A DNA stretch of 64,000 bases, from positions 1,088,001 through 1,152,000 of the forward strand of contig CAWBMP010000004.1 of NCBI GenBank assembly GCA_963790025.1, read 5' to 3'. The stretch comes from Nitrospirota bacterium (GTDB lineage Bacteria > Nitrospirota > Thermodesulfovibrionia > Thermodesulfovibrionales > Dissulfurispiraceae). The position numbers were made by a program, and so were the translations under genes. This document shows, piece by piece, positions 29,165 through 39,684 of this stretch; the stretch's first letter is position 1; the number at the start of each line of letters is the position of its first letter. The notes under the pieces are model-generated. The model did not search any database. It worked only from the letters and a program-made list of their open reading frames with translations, and had not been told where the DNA came from.

Positions 29165-29540
29165 GGGCGTCTGCTTTCACCTCAGCTGAGGCTTCAGGAT
29201 CTTGTTTTGTAGCAGTGACCTCCAGCACCTCTTTTGGAAGGGCAGCTATCTGTTTACTTTCAAGTCTGATAACCATAAATTTTAAAACAGGATCGAAAAC
29301 TTTAAAATAGCCTTCGAGTTTGGCAATAGTAGCGGAAGGGGCCTTGAACAGATAAAAGATATATACTCCCATCTTCTGTTTGTTGAGTGAATAGGCGAGT
29401 TTACGCCTCCCCCAGTTATCGGCTTTGTAAACCTCACCGTCCGAATTCTTTATCAGCTCCGAAATCTTGTCAACCGCGGATTTGATTTCTTCTTCGTTGA
29501 GTGACGGATTAAGGATGACCATGCTCTCGTACCAATTCAT
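29157..29540 (-). CDS. rpsF: 30S ribosomal protein S6
   Basis: YESMVIL, WGRRKLAY. Confidence 0.97.
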   Translation of the reverse strand: MNWYESMVILNPSLNEEEIKSAVDKISELIKNSDGEVYKADNWGRRKLAYSLNKQKMGVYIFYLFKAPSATIAKLEGYFKVFDPVLKFMVIRLESKQIAALPKEVLEVTATKQDPEASAEVKADAHV

Positions 29541-29667
29541 GACACACCTCCATATGGATATAAAGCCCTCTCCTAAAAAAGGGCATGGAGGATACTCCAA
29601 TTTTTTACAGGCAAAAAATTTGGGGCACCCCAGGAACTGATTTTATATCATATTTAAGACTGAAAAA

Positions 29668-31068
29668 TCAAATAAGTTTATATGCTTTCATCTTCTTGTT
29701 AAGAGTGTTTCTATTGATACCTAGGATTTTTGCGGCCTTGACCTGGTTCCCATTTGTCTCCTGCAACACAATACTGAGGAGGGCCTTGTCGACTTCCGCA
29801 ATAATCGTCTCGTAGAGATTCGAATTGTCGACCCTTGTCATCTTCTTGAGGAAGCAGTTAATCTTACCCTCCAAAAATTCCCTTACGGAGCACGCACTAT
29901 AATTATTGGCAAAGAGGTCCTTTCTTTCGACAAGCCTTCCCAGTGAAAGAATCGATGCTCTTTTGACGCAATTTTCAAGCTCTGTCACATTGCCGGGCCA
30001 TTCATAGGAGGTAAGGGACTTTTCGGCATCACTTGAAAAATCTTTTGGGGGCAGTGCAAAGACCTTTATTGATTCCTTTAGAAAATGCCTCGCCAGAGGA
30101 AGGATATCTTCTTTTCTTTCCCTGAGCAGTGGCAGTTTTATCTCAATGACATTTAACCTTCTGTAAAGGTCATCACGAAATAAACCTTCCCTGACGCACT
30201 CCTTGAGGTCTTTGTTAGTGGCCCCGATAATCCTGACATCGCCCTTGATGACCTTATTGCTCCCGATCGGACTATACTGCTGTTCCTCCAAAAAACGCAG
30301 GAGTTTCGCCTGAACCTTAATGTCGAGTCCGGCGATCTGAGCGAGGAAAAGCGTACCTCCTTCGGCCGCACTGATCTTGCCTTCCTTTCTTTCGACTGCA
30401 CCGGGAAAGGCCCCCTTCTCCCACCCGAAAAGCTCCGCCTCCATGAGTTCTTTGGGAAAATAAGACGAATCAAGGGCAATAAAGGGCCCGAATTTTCTTC
30501 TGCTGCTTTTATGGATGGCCCTCGCGACAAGCTCCTTGCCTGTGCCAATTTCCCCGGAAATAAGCACTGTAACATCTTTGGGGGCAACTCTCGCTATTTC
30601 TCTGAATACTTTCAGAATACCGCGCGATTTTCCTATAATCTGGCCGACCCTTTGGAAAGGCATGGCATCTTCCTTGCTCTGCCTCAGCTTCAGGAGTTCC
30701 TCACGCATGGCTATATCCTTAAACGCCTTATCTACAACGATTTTCAATTCCTCAATGTCGAACGGCTTTTTCAGATAATCATAGGCGCCTTCCTTAATAG
30801 CATCTATAGCGCTTTCCATGTGTCCATTAGTAGTAACGATAATCACCAGGGTATCAGAACTGCAGACTTTTATCTCCTTGAACGCATCTATCCCCTTGCA
30901 GTCGGCAAGCATAAGGTCAACCAATATGAGCTTATATTTTCCGACATTCTTTATGCCTGCCCTGAAGCTTGTACTCGCCTCTACATCATAGCCGAGTGGT
31001 TCCAGCGCCTTTCGGATAACGCATACTGCACTCTCATCATCATCTAAAACCAGCAATCTTTTACTCAT
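29668..31068 (-). CDS. NtrC-like response regulator (REC-AAA+-Fis HTH) with degenerate AAA+ motifs
   Basis: REC domain, GEIGTGKE, GAFPGA, LFLAQI, LGINRNTL. Confidence 0.9.
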   Translation of the reverse strand: MSKRLLVLDDDESAVCVIRKALEPLGYDVEASTSFRAGIKNVGKYKLILVDLMLADCKGIDAFKEIKVCSSDTLVIIVTTNGHMESAIDAIKEGAYDYLKKPFDIEELKIVVDKAFKDIAMREELLKLRQSKEDAMPFQRVGQIIGKSRGILKVFREIARVAPKDVTVLISGEIGTGKELVARAIHKSSRRKFGPFIALDSSYFPKELMEAELFGWEKGAFPGAVERKEGKISAAEGGTLFLAQIAGLDIKVQAKLLRFLEEQQYSPIGSNKVIKGDVRIIGATNKDLKECVREGLFRDDLYRRLNVIEIKLPLLRERKEDILPLARHFLKESIKVFALPPKDFSSDAEKSLTSYEWPGNVTELENCVKRASILSLGRLVERKDLFANNYSACSVREFLEGKINCFLKKMTRVDNSNLYETIIAEVDKALLSIVLQETNGNQVKAAKILGINRNTLNKKMKAYKLI

Positions 31069-31175
31069 TTTCTCTCACTTATCATATTCAAGACGTAACC
31101 GCAGCCGACAGACGGGAAACCATGGAATTCCTCTTTATACAAAAAAAACATAAAGTCAGCCTTCCGTCATATGTG

Positions 31176-31829
31176 TTAAGTCCTCTGACTGTATAACTTA
31201 TTTTTTCTAATATACCGTTCCACCGATGCAGGTAAAAGGTATTTGACACTCATCTTCTGCCCTATGAGACACCGTATTCCGGTCGACGATATATCAAGCT
31301 GGGTAACCGGCACTAAAAATGCGCTCCTGCCGCCAACCAGAGAGTAGCACGCATTTGCACCCTCAGGGCCTTTATGGGACATTATAAACGGGGAGTCCGC
31401 AATTGCATCAAAGCCGAATCCCGGCCTCGCCACGATAATGAAGTCCGTAATACCAGCCAGCTTTTCAGGCTGACGCCATTTCGGCATATCTAAAAAAGCA
31501 TCGATGCCAAGAATAAAGAACAACTCATCTACGCGATGCTTTTTACGAAGCATTTGAAGAGTATCAACCGAATAAGACTTCCCACGCTTGCCGGCTTCCA
31601 GATCAGAGACAATGAAGTCTTTGTTGGAAGCAGTGGCAAGAACCACCATTGCATAGCGGTGCGACGCGGAAACAGTATCATGCTCCTTAAGAGGAGGGTT
31701 CCCGGATGGCACGAAAATCACTTTGTCAAGGCCCAGTTTATATCTGGCTTCCTCAGCAGTCCTCAAATGCCCGGAATGAATAGGATTGAATGTACCACCA
31801 AAGATCCCTAATCTCAAGTCAAACTCCAC
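31176..31829 (-). CDS. nadD: Nicotinate-nucleotide adenylyltransferase
   Basis: GGTFNPIHSGH, ISST. Confidence 0.95.
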   Translation of the reverse strand: MEFDLRLGIFGGTFNPIHSGHLRTAEEARYKLGLDKVIFVPSGNPPLKEHDTVSASHRYAMVVLATASNKDFIVSDLEAGKRGKSYSVDTLQMLRKKHRVDELFFILGIDAFLDMPKWRQPEKLAGITDFIIVARPGFGFDAIADSPFIMSHKGPEGANACYSLVGGRSAFLVPVTQLDISSTGIRCLIGQKMSVKYLLPASVERYIRKNKLYSQRT

Positions 31830-31844
31830 ACCACTTGCTGCAGC

Positions 31845-32129
31845 TTATTGCCCCAGGCCCATCTTTTTCAGTGCCTCATCCCCCTGCCCTTTCATAGCCG
31901 GGGCATCTTCCGGCAAATACAACATAACGCCGCCTTTTACCGGCCTTATGACAATTTTGCCTTCCTGAGCGAGCTGATTGGTTGACTTAACAGGGTCTTC
32001 ACCTTCAAAGTACTTCTTGAATGCCTCGTTAAACCCCGAATAAACCGTATGAATGCCTTTATACCCTTCCTTTCTGAGACTTACGATCGCTTTTTTAACA
32101 AACTCTTCCAGGCTCAGCTTCTCCGACAT
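31845..32129 (-). CDS. Hypothetical protein
   Basis: Clean ORF with SD, co-oriented in the proA-nadD operon. Confidence 0.75.
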   Translation of the reverse strand: MSEKLSLEEFVKKAIVSLRKEGYKGIHTVYSGFNEAFKKYFEGEDPVKSTNQLAQEGKIVIRPVKGGVMLYLPEDAPAMKGQGDEALKKMGLGQ

Positions 32130-32144
32130 TCTAAATACCCTCCT

Positions 32145-33401
32145 TTATTCTCTTACTTGTCCGTTTCCAAGAACTACAAACTTTGTACAGGTCAATTCCT
32201 CAAGGCCCATAGGCCCACGCGCATGTATTTTATCAGTAGATATGCCGATCTCGGCACCAAGACCGAACTGGTACCCGTCATTCAGACGGGTAGATGCATT
32301 CACCAGGACCGCCGAAGAATCTACTTCCCTCACGAACCTCATCGACCGCTCGTAGTTTGTGGTGACAATCCCGTCCGTGTGAGCGGACCCGTAGGCGGCA
32401 ATATGCTCCATTGCTTCATCCATGTCTCCCACTATTTTTACATTCAATATCAGGTCGAGGTATTCACAGCGATAATCTTCATCCGTTACCTCATTAATGC
32501 CCGGAAACAATGCAAGGGTCCTCGGGCACCCACGCAATTCAACTCCTGCATCTTTTAGGCGCTTCAACATTACTGGAAGGAAGCGCGGGGCAATGGATCC
32601 GTCAACCAGCATTGTTTCCATAGCATTACAGGTCCCGGGTCTTTGCACTTTGGCATTAAAGCATATTGACTCTGCCATTGCCAAATCCGCACCCCTGTCA
32701 ACAAATAGATGACAGACCCCTTTATAATGCTTGAGCACCGGAATTCTCGAATTCTCAGTTACGGTCCTTATAAGTCCTTCTCCCCCGCGTGGGATAATCA
32801 GGTCTATGATGCCTTCCAGTTTCAACATCTCCATGATAGCTTCCCTTTCAGGAATGTCTATAAACGTGATGACATCTTCATGAATCCCTTCAGCCCTGGC
32901 AACGTCCCTCAAGACAGCGGCAATTGCCCTATTTGAGTGCAGGGCCTCGGACCCCCCCCTCAAAACAACAGCATTACCTGCCTTCAAACACAAACCGGTC
33001 GCATCGGCAGTCACATTCGGGCGCGCCTCGTAAATTATACCAATTACTCCTATCGGCACTCTCATCCTTCCGACAGTCATGCCGTTTGGCCGCTGCCTCA
33101 TGTTAATTATTTCTCCTACAGGATCGGGAAGCTGAGCAACTGCCATGAGTCCCAGCATCATTTCTTCCACCCGTTTTTCAGTCAGGGTTAATCTATCAAC
33201 CAGCGCCTTTGAGAGACCCTTTTTTTCGGCATAATCGATATCTCTTTTATTTTCCTCTATAAGCTCCGCCCCCTTGGTTTTGAGGGCTTCAGCCATCTTG
33301 ATTAAAACAGCATTTTTCAGGCTGGAAGATGCCGTTGCAAGACTTCGTGCACCTTCTTTCGCACCCTTTGCCTTTCTGAGGACAAACTCCTTTATATCCA
33401 C
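32145..33401 (-). CDS. proA: Gamma-glutamyl phosphate reductase
   Basis: IYEARPNVT, CNAMETML, GAEIGISTDKIHARGPMG. Confidence 0.97.
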   Translation of the reverse strand: MDIKEFVLRKAKGAKEGARSLATASSSLKNAVLIKMAEALKTKGAELIEENKRDIDYAEKKGLSKALVDRLTLTEKRVEEMMLGLMAVAQLPDPVGEIINMRQRPNGMTVGRMRVPIGVIGIIYEARPNVTADATGLCLKAGNAVVLRGGSEALHSNRAIAAVLRDVARAEGIHEDVITFIDIPEREAIMEMLKLEGIIDLIIPRGGEGLIRTVTENSRIPVLKHYKGVCHLFVDRGADLAMAESICFNAKVQRPGTCNAMETMLVDGSIAPRFLPVMLKRLKDAGVELRGCPRTLALFPGINEVTDEDYRCEYLDLILNVKIVGDMDEAMEHIAAYGSAHTDGIVTTNYERSMRFVREVDSSAVLVNASTRLNDGYQFGLGAEIGISTDKIHARGPMGLEELTCTKFVVLGNGQVRE

Positions 33402-33417
33402 GCAAACCTCCGTATTG

Positions 33418-33506
33418 GTTCTCCGTACTGCGTTCAGCGCCTATAAATATACCCGAAACGCTTACGCTCTAATTTTTCTTTGAACGTTGAACGCAGCACG
33501 CAGAAC
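33418..33506. repeat. Inverted heptamer array (CGTACTG/CGTTCAG family)
   Basis: Same family recurs at 43939-44020 and 55253-55347. Confidence 0.7.
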
Positions 33507-33664
33507 CAATACGCCATCTTAATTATTATATATTATATAACGATACCTAACAATTATCAGGTAAATGGTACTAAAAATCAACACAAAATTATACGGCTCT
33601 TTTTCAGCCATGTTTTTTTGATATTTGCTATAATACTAAATAACTACTGTTCAGGAGGTCTTTT

Positions 33665-33844
33665 ATGGCAACACCGGTTGTTGATATGGATTTATGCATT
33701 GGCTGTGGCTCATGTTCTGAATTATGCCCCGAAGTCTTCGAACTCAGGGATGAAAAGGCATATGTAATCAGCAACAAATGCGATACCTGCGATTGCAAAG
33801 AAGCTATGGATACCTGTCCTACTGAAGCAATCAAGATGGAGTAA
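33665..33844 (+). CDS. Ferredoxin (single cluster, 59 aa; below ORF-track cutoff)
   Basis: MATPVVDMDLCIGCGSCSELCPEVF...CPTEAI; AGGAGG SD; TGCTATAAT at 33626. Confidence 0.92.
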   Translation: MATPVVDMDLCIGCGSCSELCPEVFELRDEKAYVISNKCDTCDCKEAMDTCPTEAIKME

Positions 33845-33852
33845 AAAAATCT

Positions 33853-33945
33853 GAGGTTAGAGGTTAGAGGGTAAAACGGAAGACAATGGGCGTGAAGTGC
33901 TATTTGCGGCTGCTTTGACTTTGCCTCCGACCTCTAACCTCCAAC
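33853..33945. repeat. Inverted heptamer array (GAGGTTA/TAACCTC family)
   Basis: GAGGTTA-GAGGTTA-GAGGGTA against CGACCTC-TAACCTC-CAACC; also at 47001-47023. Confidence 0.7.
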
Positions 33946-34503
33946 CACTAACGCTCTTTTTGCGAGTTCAGCAAGCCCGTAAATTTTTAAATCTATGTAA
34001 TCTCCCTTTTCCCGCCAGGCATTGAGGCGCTCATACATAGCCGACAGCGGCATAGTGATAACTTCAATATCCTCCGACTCATCGGGCTGGTAGCGTTGTC
34101 TGAGCCCGGCGGGCGCCGGCGTAGAGTTCTTCGCAAGAAAGACGGTCAGCAATTCAGTCGAGAGACCCGATGAAATAGGGCCTTCTGCCAGAAAAAGAAA
34201 CTCTTCGGCAGTGTGGCCTGTTTCTTCAATCAGTTCGCGCCTGGCCGCTTCCTGAAGACTTTCATCTCTGTCATTCAGGCCCGCAGGGAATTCGACAACA
34301 AAACTATCCAGCACAGGCCTAAACTGCCTCACCAGCAAGATATCACCGTCAGCCATAACCGGCACAATTGTCACAATACCCGTACAGTTCACCCGCTCAA
34401 CCGCTTCCCAGGTCCTTATGTTCCCCGAACGGTCCGTATAGGAAATGTGCATTGTCTTCAGGAAGTTGCCCTCCCAGGCAGTGCGCTTGTCTATTATTTG
34501 CAT
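33934..34503 (-). CDS. NUDIX hydrolase (ADP-ribose pyrophosphatase-like)
   Basis: EFPAGL...AARRELIEETG Nudix box. Confidence 0.93.
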   Translation of the reverse strand: MQIIDKRTAWEGNFLKTMHISYTDRSGNIRTWEAVERVNCTGIVTIVPVMADGDILLVRQFRPVLDSFVVEFPAGLNDRDESLQEAARRELIEETGHTAEEFLFLAEGPISSGLSTELLTVFLAKNSTPAPAGLRQRYQPDESEDIEVITMPLSAMYERLNAWREKGDYIDLKIYGLAELAKRALVVGG

Positions 34504-34510
34504 GCGCTGA

Positions 34511-34855
34511 TCATCCGAAAGGCCCGTGCAACTGGCGTCCTCCGAGCACGTGCAGGTGGAGATGAAACACTACTTGTCCGCCCTCAGGGTTGCAATTGGT
34601 GACAATTCTGAAGCCACGTTCCGCGATTCCCTGATCACGGGAGATTTTCTTGCAAACTTCCATCAGATGTCCTATCAGCGTGCTGTCCCCTTCTCCGACA
34701 TCGAGAATGGTGGAGATGTGTTTCTTAGGGATAACCAATATGTGGACAGGAGCCTGTGGGCTGACATCGGTGAACCCGATCGCGTACTCGTCCTCGTAGA
34801 CTATATCCGCCGGTATCTTCCTTTCTACGATCTTACAGAAAATGCAATCAGTCAT
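34511..34855 (-). CDS. HIT family nucleotide-binding protein
   Basis: DCIFCKI, HLHLHVLGG. Confidence 0.95.
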   Translation of the reverse strand: MTDCIFCKIVERKIPADIVYEDEYAIGFTDVSPQAPVHILVIPKKHISTILDVGEGDSTLIGHLMEVCKKISRDQGIAERGFRIVTNCNPEGGQVVFHLHLHVLGGRQLHGPFG

Positions 34856-34989
34856 AAAACCTCCCTTAAAACAGACCATGGGCAATAGGCGCAAGGCTAT
34901 GGGCAAAAACAAAAGGCAAAGGATATAAAGACAAAGAGAGACTTAAATTCATACTAATATTGTTCCTATCACCCCTAGCCTATTGCCTA

Positions 34990-35310
34990 TCACCTGATTT
35001 GTCTGTAAAAGCACGTATGCTCACCCGTATGACACGCGCCAGCGCCATGCTGTATCACTTTTATTAACAGGGTATCGGCATCGCAGTCGTAGAAGACCTC
35101 CTTGACCTCCTGCACATGGCCTGAGGTCTCACCCTTTTTCCAGTATTTTTGTCTTGACCTCGACCAGAAATGAGTGAACCCGGTCTCTATGGTTGTTTTC
35201 AAAGAGGTCTCGTTCATATATGCCATCATCAGGACATCACCGTTGTTTGCGTCCTGAATGATAGCCGGTATAAGACCGTTTGTGTCATATTTAAGTTCCG
35301 GAATTGTCAT
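34990..35310 (-). CDS. hisI: Phosphoribosyl-AMP cyclohydrolase
   Basis: [24 protein letters not shown]...CF. Confidence 0.95.
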   Translation of the reverse strand: MTIPELKYDTNGLIPAIIQDANNGDVLMMAYMNETSLKTTIETGFTHFWSRSRQKYWKKGETSGHVQEVKEVFYDCDADTLLIKVIQHGAGACHTGEHTCFYRQIR

Positions 35311-35394
35311 TACTTATGATACCATTGCCCGTCCCGGCTTGTCAGCCTGCCGCCTATGTGGCTGTGGTATAATGAAAATAAATTTTTTGGATAT

Positions 35395-35979
35395 ATGTCA
35401 AGTAAAAAGTTTGGAATAAAAATACTCTCCCTGCTTTTGCTTATAGAGTTTATTGTCTCTGTGAGGACAGTCAGTGCTGTAGAAATTGGCGACATCAGTT
35501 ACAGGCTGTCCAATAATGATCTCTATGTATCAACCTCAATAAGACCAGACCAAAAGAGCATTGATGACCTGAACGACGGATTATCGAAAGAATTAACTTT
35601 TTATATAGATCTTTTCAGAGTATGGGATATATGGCCTGATGAGTTTGTCCTCGGGACGAAAATAACTGCGAAGTTAAAAAGCAATCCGATCAAGAGAGAA
35701 TACATCGCCACTTGCGTCAGCGGCAATATAGTCAGGGAGAAACGGTTTAATGACCCGGAAACGATGGTCACGTGGGCAACAACCCTTTCCGACATAAAAA
35801 TTACAAATACTAAAGAACTGGAGACCGGGACCTATTTCATCAAGGTCACCGCAGAATCCAGAATCAGAACGTTGCCCCCTGTCATAGGCTATCTCTTGTT
35901 CCTAGTTCCGGACAAGGAGTTTTCCATTTCCAAGAACTCTCGCACATTTCAGCTAAACGCAAAGGGACAGCAGCAATGA
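35395..35979 (+). CDS. DUF4390-like exported protein
   Basis: Signal peptide; position directly upstream of an NtrY-like kinase is typical. Confidence 0.6.
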   Translation: MSSKKFGIKILSLLLLIEFIVSVRTVSAVEIGDISYRLSNNDLYVSTSIRPDQKSIDDLNDGLSKELTFYIDLFRVWDIWPDEFVLGTKITAKLKSNPIKREYIATCVSGNIVREKRFNDPETMVTWATTLSDIKITNTKELETGTYFIKVTAESRIRTLPPVIGYLLFLVPDKEFSISKNSRTFQLNAKGQQQ

Positions 35980-38009
35980 AAATAGCCAGGCATCTAATGA
36001 CCATTTTCGGACTGATACTGCTTATTACGGTCATAGCCGTTGTCGAAATACATTTTATCAAGCTGCCATCCGTCGATATCACTACACGCATCATGCTCAT
36101 CAGTCTTTTGACTTTTAATGTCCTTGCTCTGCTGACACTTATGTTTTTTGTAGGAAAGAACATCTTTAAACTTTATATGGAGCGGCGCAATAAGGTTCTG
36201 GGCCACAAGTTCAAGACAAAACTCATGACTATTTTTGTTATTCTCACGCTCATCCCCTCCTCTTTTCTTTTCATTGCGTCAGGCGGACTCGCAACCAAGT
36301 ATATAAACCGGATATTTTCTCCTGAGATAAAACAGTCCTTTAAAAATTCGATAGAGCTTGCCAGGGCATTTTATGATTTCGAGAGGCAGAGAGTGCTGTT
36401 TGCCGCCCGGAACACCGCTGCCAGCGGAGTGAACGCCCTTTCCGGAGATATGTCCGTCTTCAGGCATGTGTCGCTGCCAGGCAATGCAACAGATACTGTC
36501 AGGGACGCCTTTAAAGGCATCGAAGGGACCGAAGTAATATCAAAGGGCAATATAGATATTATCAGGGCCGCAGTGCCTGACCGTAGCCACGGGGGAACGG
36601 TAATCGTTGTTGAAATGGCTCTACCCAAAAGCATTTCCGAAAAATCGGAAAGGCTGAAAGAGCTTTACGAGGGTTACCTTAAAACCGAGTCTTTCAAAGA
36701 GCCGCTCCGGCTTAATTATCTCCTTATTCTTGGGTTCTTCACACTCCTGATCGTCTTTGCAGGATTATGGGTCTCTCTGAAAATATCCGGGGGGATTACG
36801 ACCCCGATTCAGAGCCTTGCAATGGCAACCGAACAGGTGGCATCCGGCAATCTTGATGTACGGGTCACAGTAAAAAGTGAGGATGAAATCGGACTCCTGA
36901 TCACATCATTCAATCAAATGGTAAAACAGATCAAGGACAGTAAAGACTCTCTCGAAAAAGCATATATCGAATCAGATAAAACCAGGCTCTATCTCGAGAA
37001 CATACTTGAAAATATCAATTCTGGAGTTATCTCTATTGACACTAACGGGACCATTCTTACTGTCAACAAGGCGGCATGCTCCATACTTAACATGCAACCT
37101 GAAGCTGTAAAAGGCCGTAATTACCTTTCTTTTATCTCCTCTTTAAATTCCGCTGATATCGCGGACATGGTAAAGGAGATGGAGGGCAAGGAGATAAGGG
37201 AAATCAAACGGCAAGTCAAAGTCAATATAAACGGCAGGATCGTTATACTCAGGATCTACGTCTCGGGCATACGGGAATCGTACACTTCCAAAGCTATAGG
37301 CTTGCTCGTCGTCTTCGATGATCTTACTGACATAATAAAGGCACAGAAGGTCACAACCTGGCAGGAGGTCGCCAGGAGATTGGCCCATGAGATAAAAAAC
37401 CCCCTGACACCCATCAAGCTTTCTACTGAACGGCTGATAAAAAAATGGCGTCAAAAAGAGAAAGACTTCGGAGAAGTATTCGAGAAATCGACCAGGACGA
37501 TCATCTCTGAAGTGGAGAGCCTGAGAAAATTGGTCGATGTTTTCTCCCGTTACGGCAGGATGCCCGAAATAAACAAAGCTCCGGCGAACATCATTGAGCT
37601 CATCGATTCTGTTGTCGGACTTTATAAAGGGTTTAAGTTCATAGAAATAACGACAATGCCGCACGTGGACATTCCTCACGTTGCACTTGACTGGGAGCAG
37701 TTCAAGAGGGTCATGGTCAATATCATAGACAACGCTATCAAGGCAATGAACAACAAAGGATCTATTGTCATTTCCTTAAATGTATATGAAAATAGTAAAG
37801 TAATAATTGAGATAGCGGACACCGGTCCAGGCATAAAGGATGAGGAAAAGGAAAGGTTATTTCTGCCTTATTTCTCAAACAGAAAAGGCGGCACGGGACT
37901 CGGCCTGGCCATAGCTAACAAAATAGTTGCCGACCATGGCGGCATAATACTTGTAAAGGATAATTTCCCCCATGGGAGTATATTTGCCATAGAATTGCCG
38001 ATGGCGTAA
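35976..38009 (+). CDS. ntrY: NtrY-like sensor histidine kinase (HAMP, PAS)
   Basis: WQEVARRLAHEIKNPLTPI, DTGPG, GTGLGL. Confidence 0.88.
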   Translation: MKIARHLMTIFGLILLITVIAVVEIHFIKLPSVDITTRIMLISLLTFNVLALLTLMFFVGKNIFKLYMERRNKVLGHKFKTKLMTIFVILTLIPSSFLFIASGGLATKYINRIFSPEIKQSFKNSIELARAFYDFERQRVLFAARNTAASGVNALSGDMSVFRHVSLPGNATDTVRDAFKGIEGTEVISKGNIDIIRAAVPDRSHGGTVIVVEMALPKSISEKSERLKELYEGYLKTESFKEPLRLNYLLILGFFTLLIVFAGLWVSLKISGGITTPIQSLAMATEQVASGNLDVRVTVKSEDEIGLLITSFNQMVKQIKDSKDSLEKAYIESDKTRLYLENILENINSGVISIDTNGTILTVNKAACSILNMQPEAVKGRNYLSFISSLNSADIADMVKEMEGKEIREIKRQVKVNINGRIVILRIYVSGIRESYTSKAIGLLVVFDDLTDIIKAQKVTTWQEVARRLAHEIKNPLTPIKLSTERLIKKWRQKEKDFGEVFEKSTRTIISEVESLRKLVDVFSRYGRMPEINKAPANIIELIDSVVGLYKGFKFIEITTMPHVDIPHVALDWEQFKRVMVNIIDNAIKAMNNKGSIVISLNVYENSKVIIEIADTGPGIKDEEKERLFLPYFSNRKGGTGLGLAIANKIVADHGGIILVKDNFPHGSIFAIELPMA

Positions 38010-38070
38010 CATGAAAAAATAAGGTAAAGGCAAAGGTTCTGCCTTTACCTATTCTTTTTGAGGAGTTACG

Positions 38071-39459
38071 GTGACTAAAGAAGTTATACTGATTGTGGAT
38101 GACGAGGAAGGTATCAGAGAAAGCCTCTCTGGGATATTCGAAGACGAAGGCTACGAGGTCATAACCGCTGCTTCCGGCGAAGAGGCCCTTGAGCTGACTA
38201 AAGAGCACATGCCTGATGTCCTTCTTCTCGATGTCTGGCTTCCTGGGATGGACGGCATCGAAACCCTGTCAAAGGTAAAAGAGATTGATGCTGATATTCC
38301 GGTCATTGTTATTTCGGGACATGGCAATATAGAAGTTGCTGTCAAGGCGACGAAGTCTGGCGCCTATGACTTTCTGGAAAAACCCCTTTCCCTTGAAAAA
38401 GTGCTTATTGTTACACACAGGGCACTTGAAACAAAACAACTTCAGACGGAAAACCGCGCCCTAAGATCGGATTTAACAAAAAAAAGCAAACTGATCGGGG
38501 ATTCGCCAAAAATAACTGCATTAAAACAGCAGATCGATATGGCTGCACAGAGCAATAGCAGGGTGCTCATACTGGGAGAAAGCGGCACAGGCAAAGAACT
38601 CGTTGCACGCCTATTGCACGAAAAGAGCATCCGCGCCCACGGACCCTTCGTAGAAGTCAACTGCGCCGCAATACCTCAGGAACTGATAGAAAGCGAGTTG
38701 TTAGGGCACGAAAAAGGATCATTCACCGGCGCTACGGAGAGAAAAATCGGAAAGTTCGAGCTTGCGGACAAAGGGACCCTGTTCCTCGATGAAATTGGTG
38801 ATATGACCCTTCAGACCCAGGCAAAGGTGCTCAGGGTGATTGAGACGCAGATCTTTCAGAGGGTTGGAGGCAGCAAGAACATAAAAGTTGACGTGAGGAT
38901 CATCGCCGCCACAAATAAAGACATTGCCGAAGAGGTTAGAAAAGGGAATTTCAGGGAGGACCTTTACTTCAGGCTCAATGTTATACCCTTGACCCTCCCG
39001 TCCTTGCGGGAAAGGCTTGAAGATATACCGCAGCTTACATATCACCTTATTTCTGCATTTGGTTTTGAACACGGGCTGAGACCAAAAGAGATCGGATCTG
39101 AAGCGCTTGAATTATTTAAAAACTATGATTGGCCTGGCAATATCAGAGAACTGAAAAACGTTATCGAAAGGCTCATCATAATGGTGCCGTTGCCAATTAT
39201 CACCCGCGGGGATATTGAAGCACTGGGAATATTCCGGACTTCACAACCCAGCCAGTCAGGGCTATCAGAAAGAGGATATGACTATTTTACCTACAAAACA
39301 CTGAAAGACGCCAGGGACGCCTTCGAAAAGGCCTATATCATAAAAAAACTCGAAGAAAATCACTGGAACATATCAAAGACTTCTGAAGCCATCGCCATAG
39401 AGCGCAGCAATCTGCACAAGAAAATTAAGGCCTATGATATCGACGTATCGCATAATTAA
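38071..39459 (+). CDS. ntrX: NtrX-like sigma54-dependent response regulator
   Basis: [36 protein letters not shown]. Confidence 0.88.
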   Translation: MTKEVILIVDDEEGIRESLSGIFEDEGYEVITAASGEEALELTKEHMPDVLLLDVWLPGMDGIETLSKVKEIDADIPVIVISGHGNIEVAVKATKSGAYDFLEKPLSLEKVLIVTHRALETKQLQTENRALRSDLTKKSKLIGDSPKITALKQQIDMAAQSNSRVLILGESGTGKELVARLLHEKSIRAHGPFVEVNCAAIPQELIESELLGHEKGSFTGATERKIGKFELADKGTLFLDEIGDMTLQTQAKVLRVIETQIFQRVGGSKNIKVDVRIIAATNKDIAEEVRKGNFREDLYFRLNVIPLTLPSLRERLEDIPQLTYHLISAFGFEHGLRPKEIGSEALELFKNYDWPGNIRELKNVIERLIIMVPLPIITRGDIEALGIFRTSQPSQSGLSERGYDYFTYKTLKDARDAFEKAYIIKKLEENHWNISKTSEAIAIERSNLHKKIKAYDIDVSHN

Positions 39460-39558
39460 CAAAAAATTTAACCACAGCCAACAGCATGGGCTTTAAGCCA
39501 GACACTGATACAAGGAGAAAAACAATTATATGAAAAAAGCTTCAAAACAAACAAAAGC

Positions 39559-39684
39559 CGTCATTGCCGCAAACGGGTCCCCGAAAAGTCACGGACTTTT
39601 AGATGAGCGGAAGGCGGGAATCCATTTTTGTTTTAGCTTAATTTTTTCTCTGTGTCTCTGTGCCTCTGTGGTTTGGATTCTCGT
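39559..39684. repeat. Degenerate REP-like element with nested hairpin and octamer repeats
   Basis: CGTCATTGCCGC...GAAGGCGGGAATCCA...TGGATTCTCG; inner AAAAGTC-ACG-GACTTTT; CTCTGTGY repeats. Confidence 0.5.
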
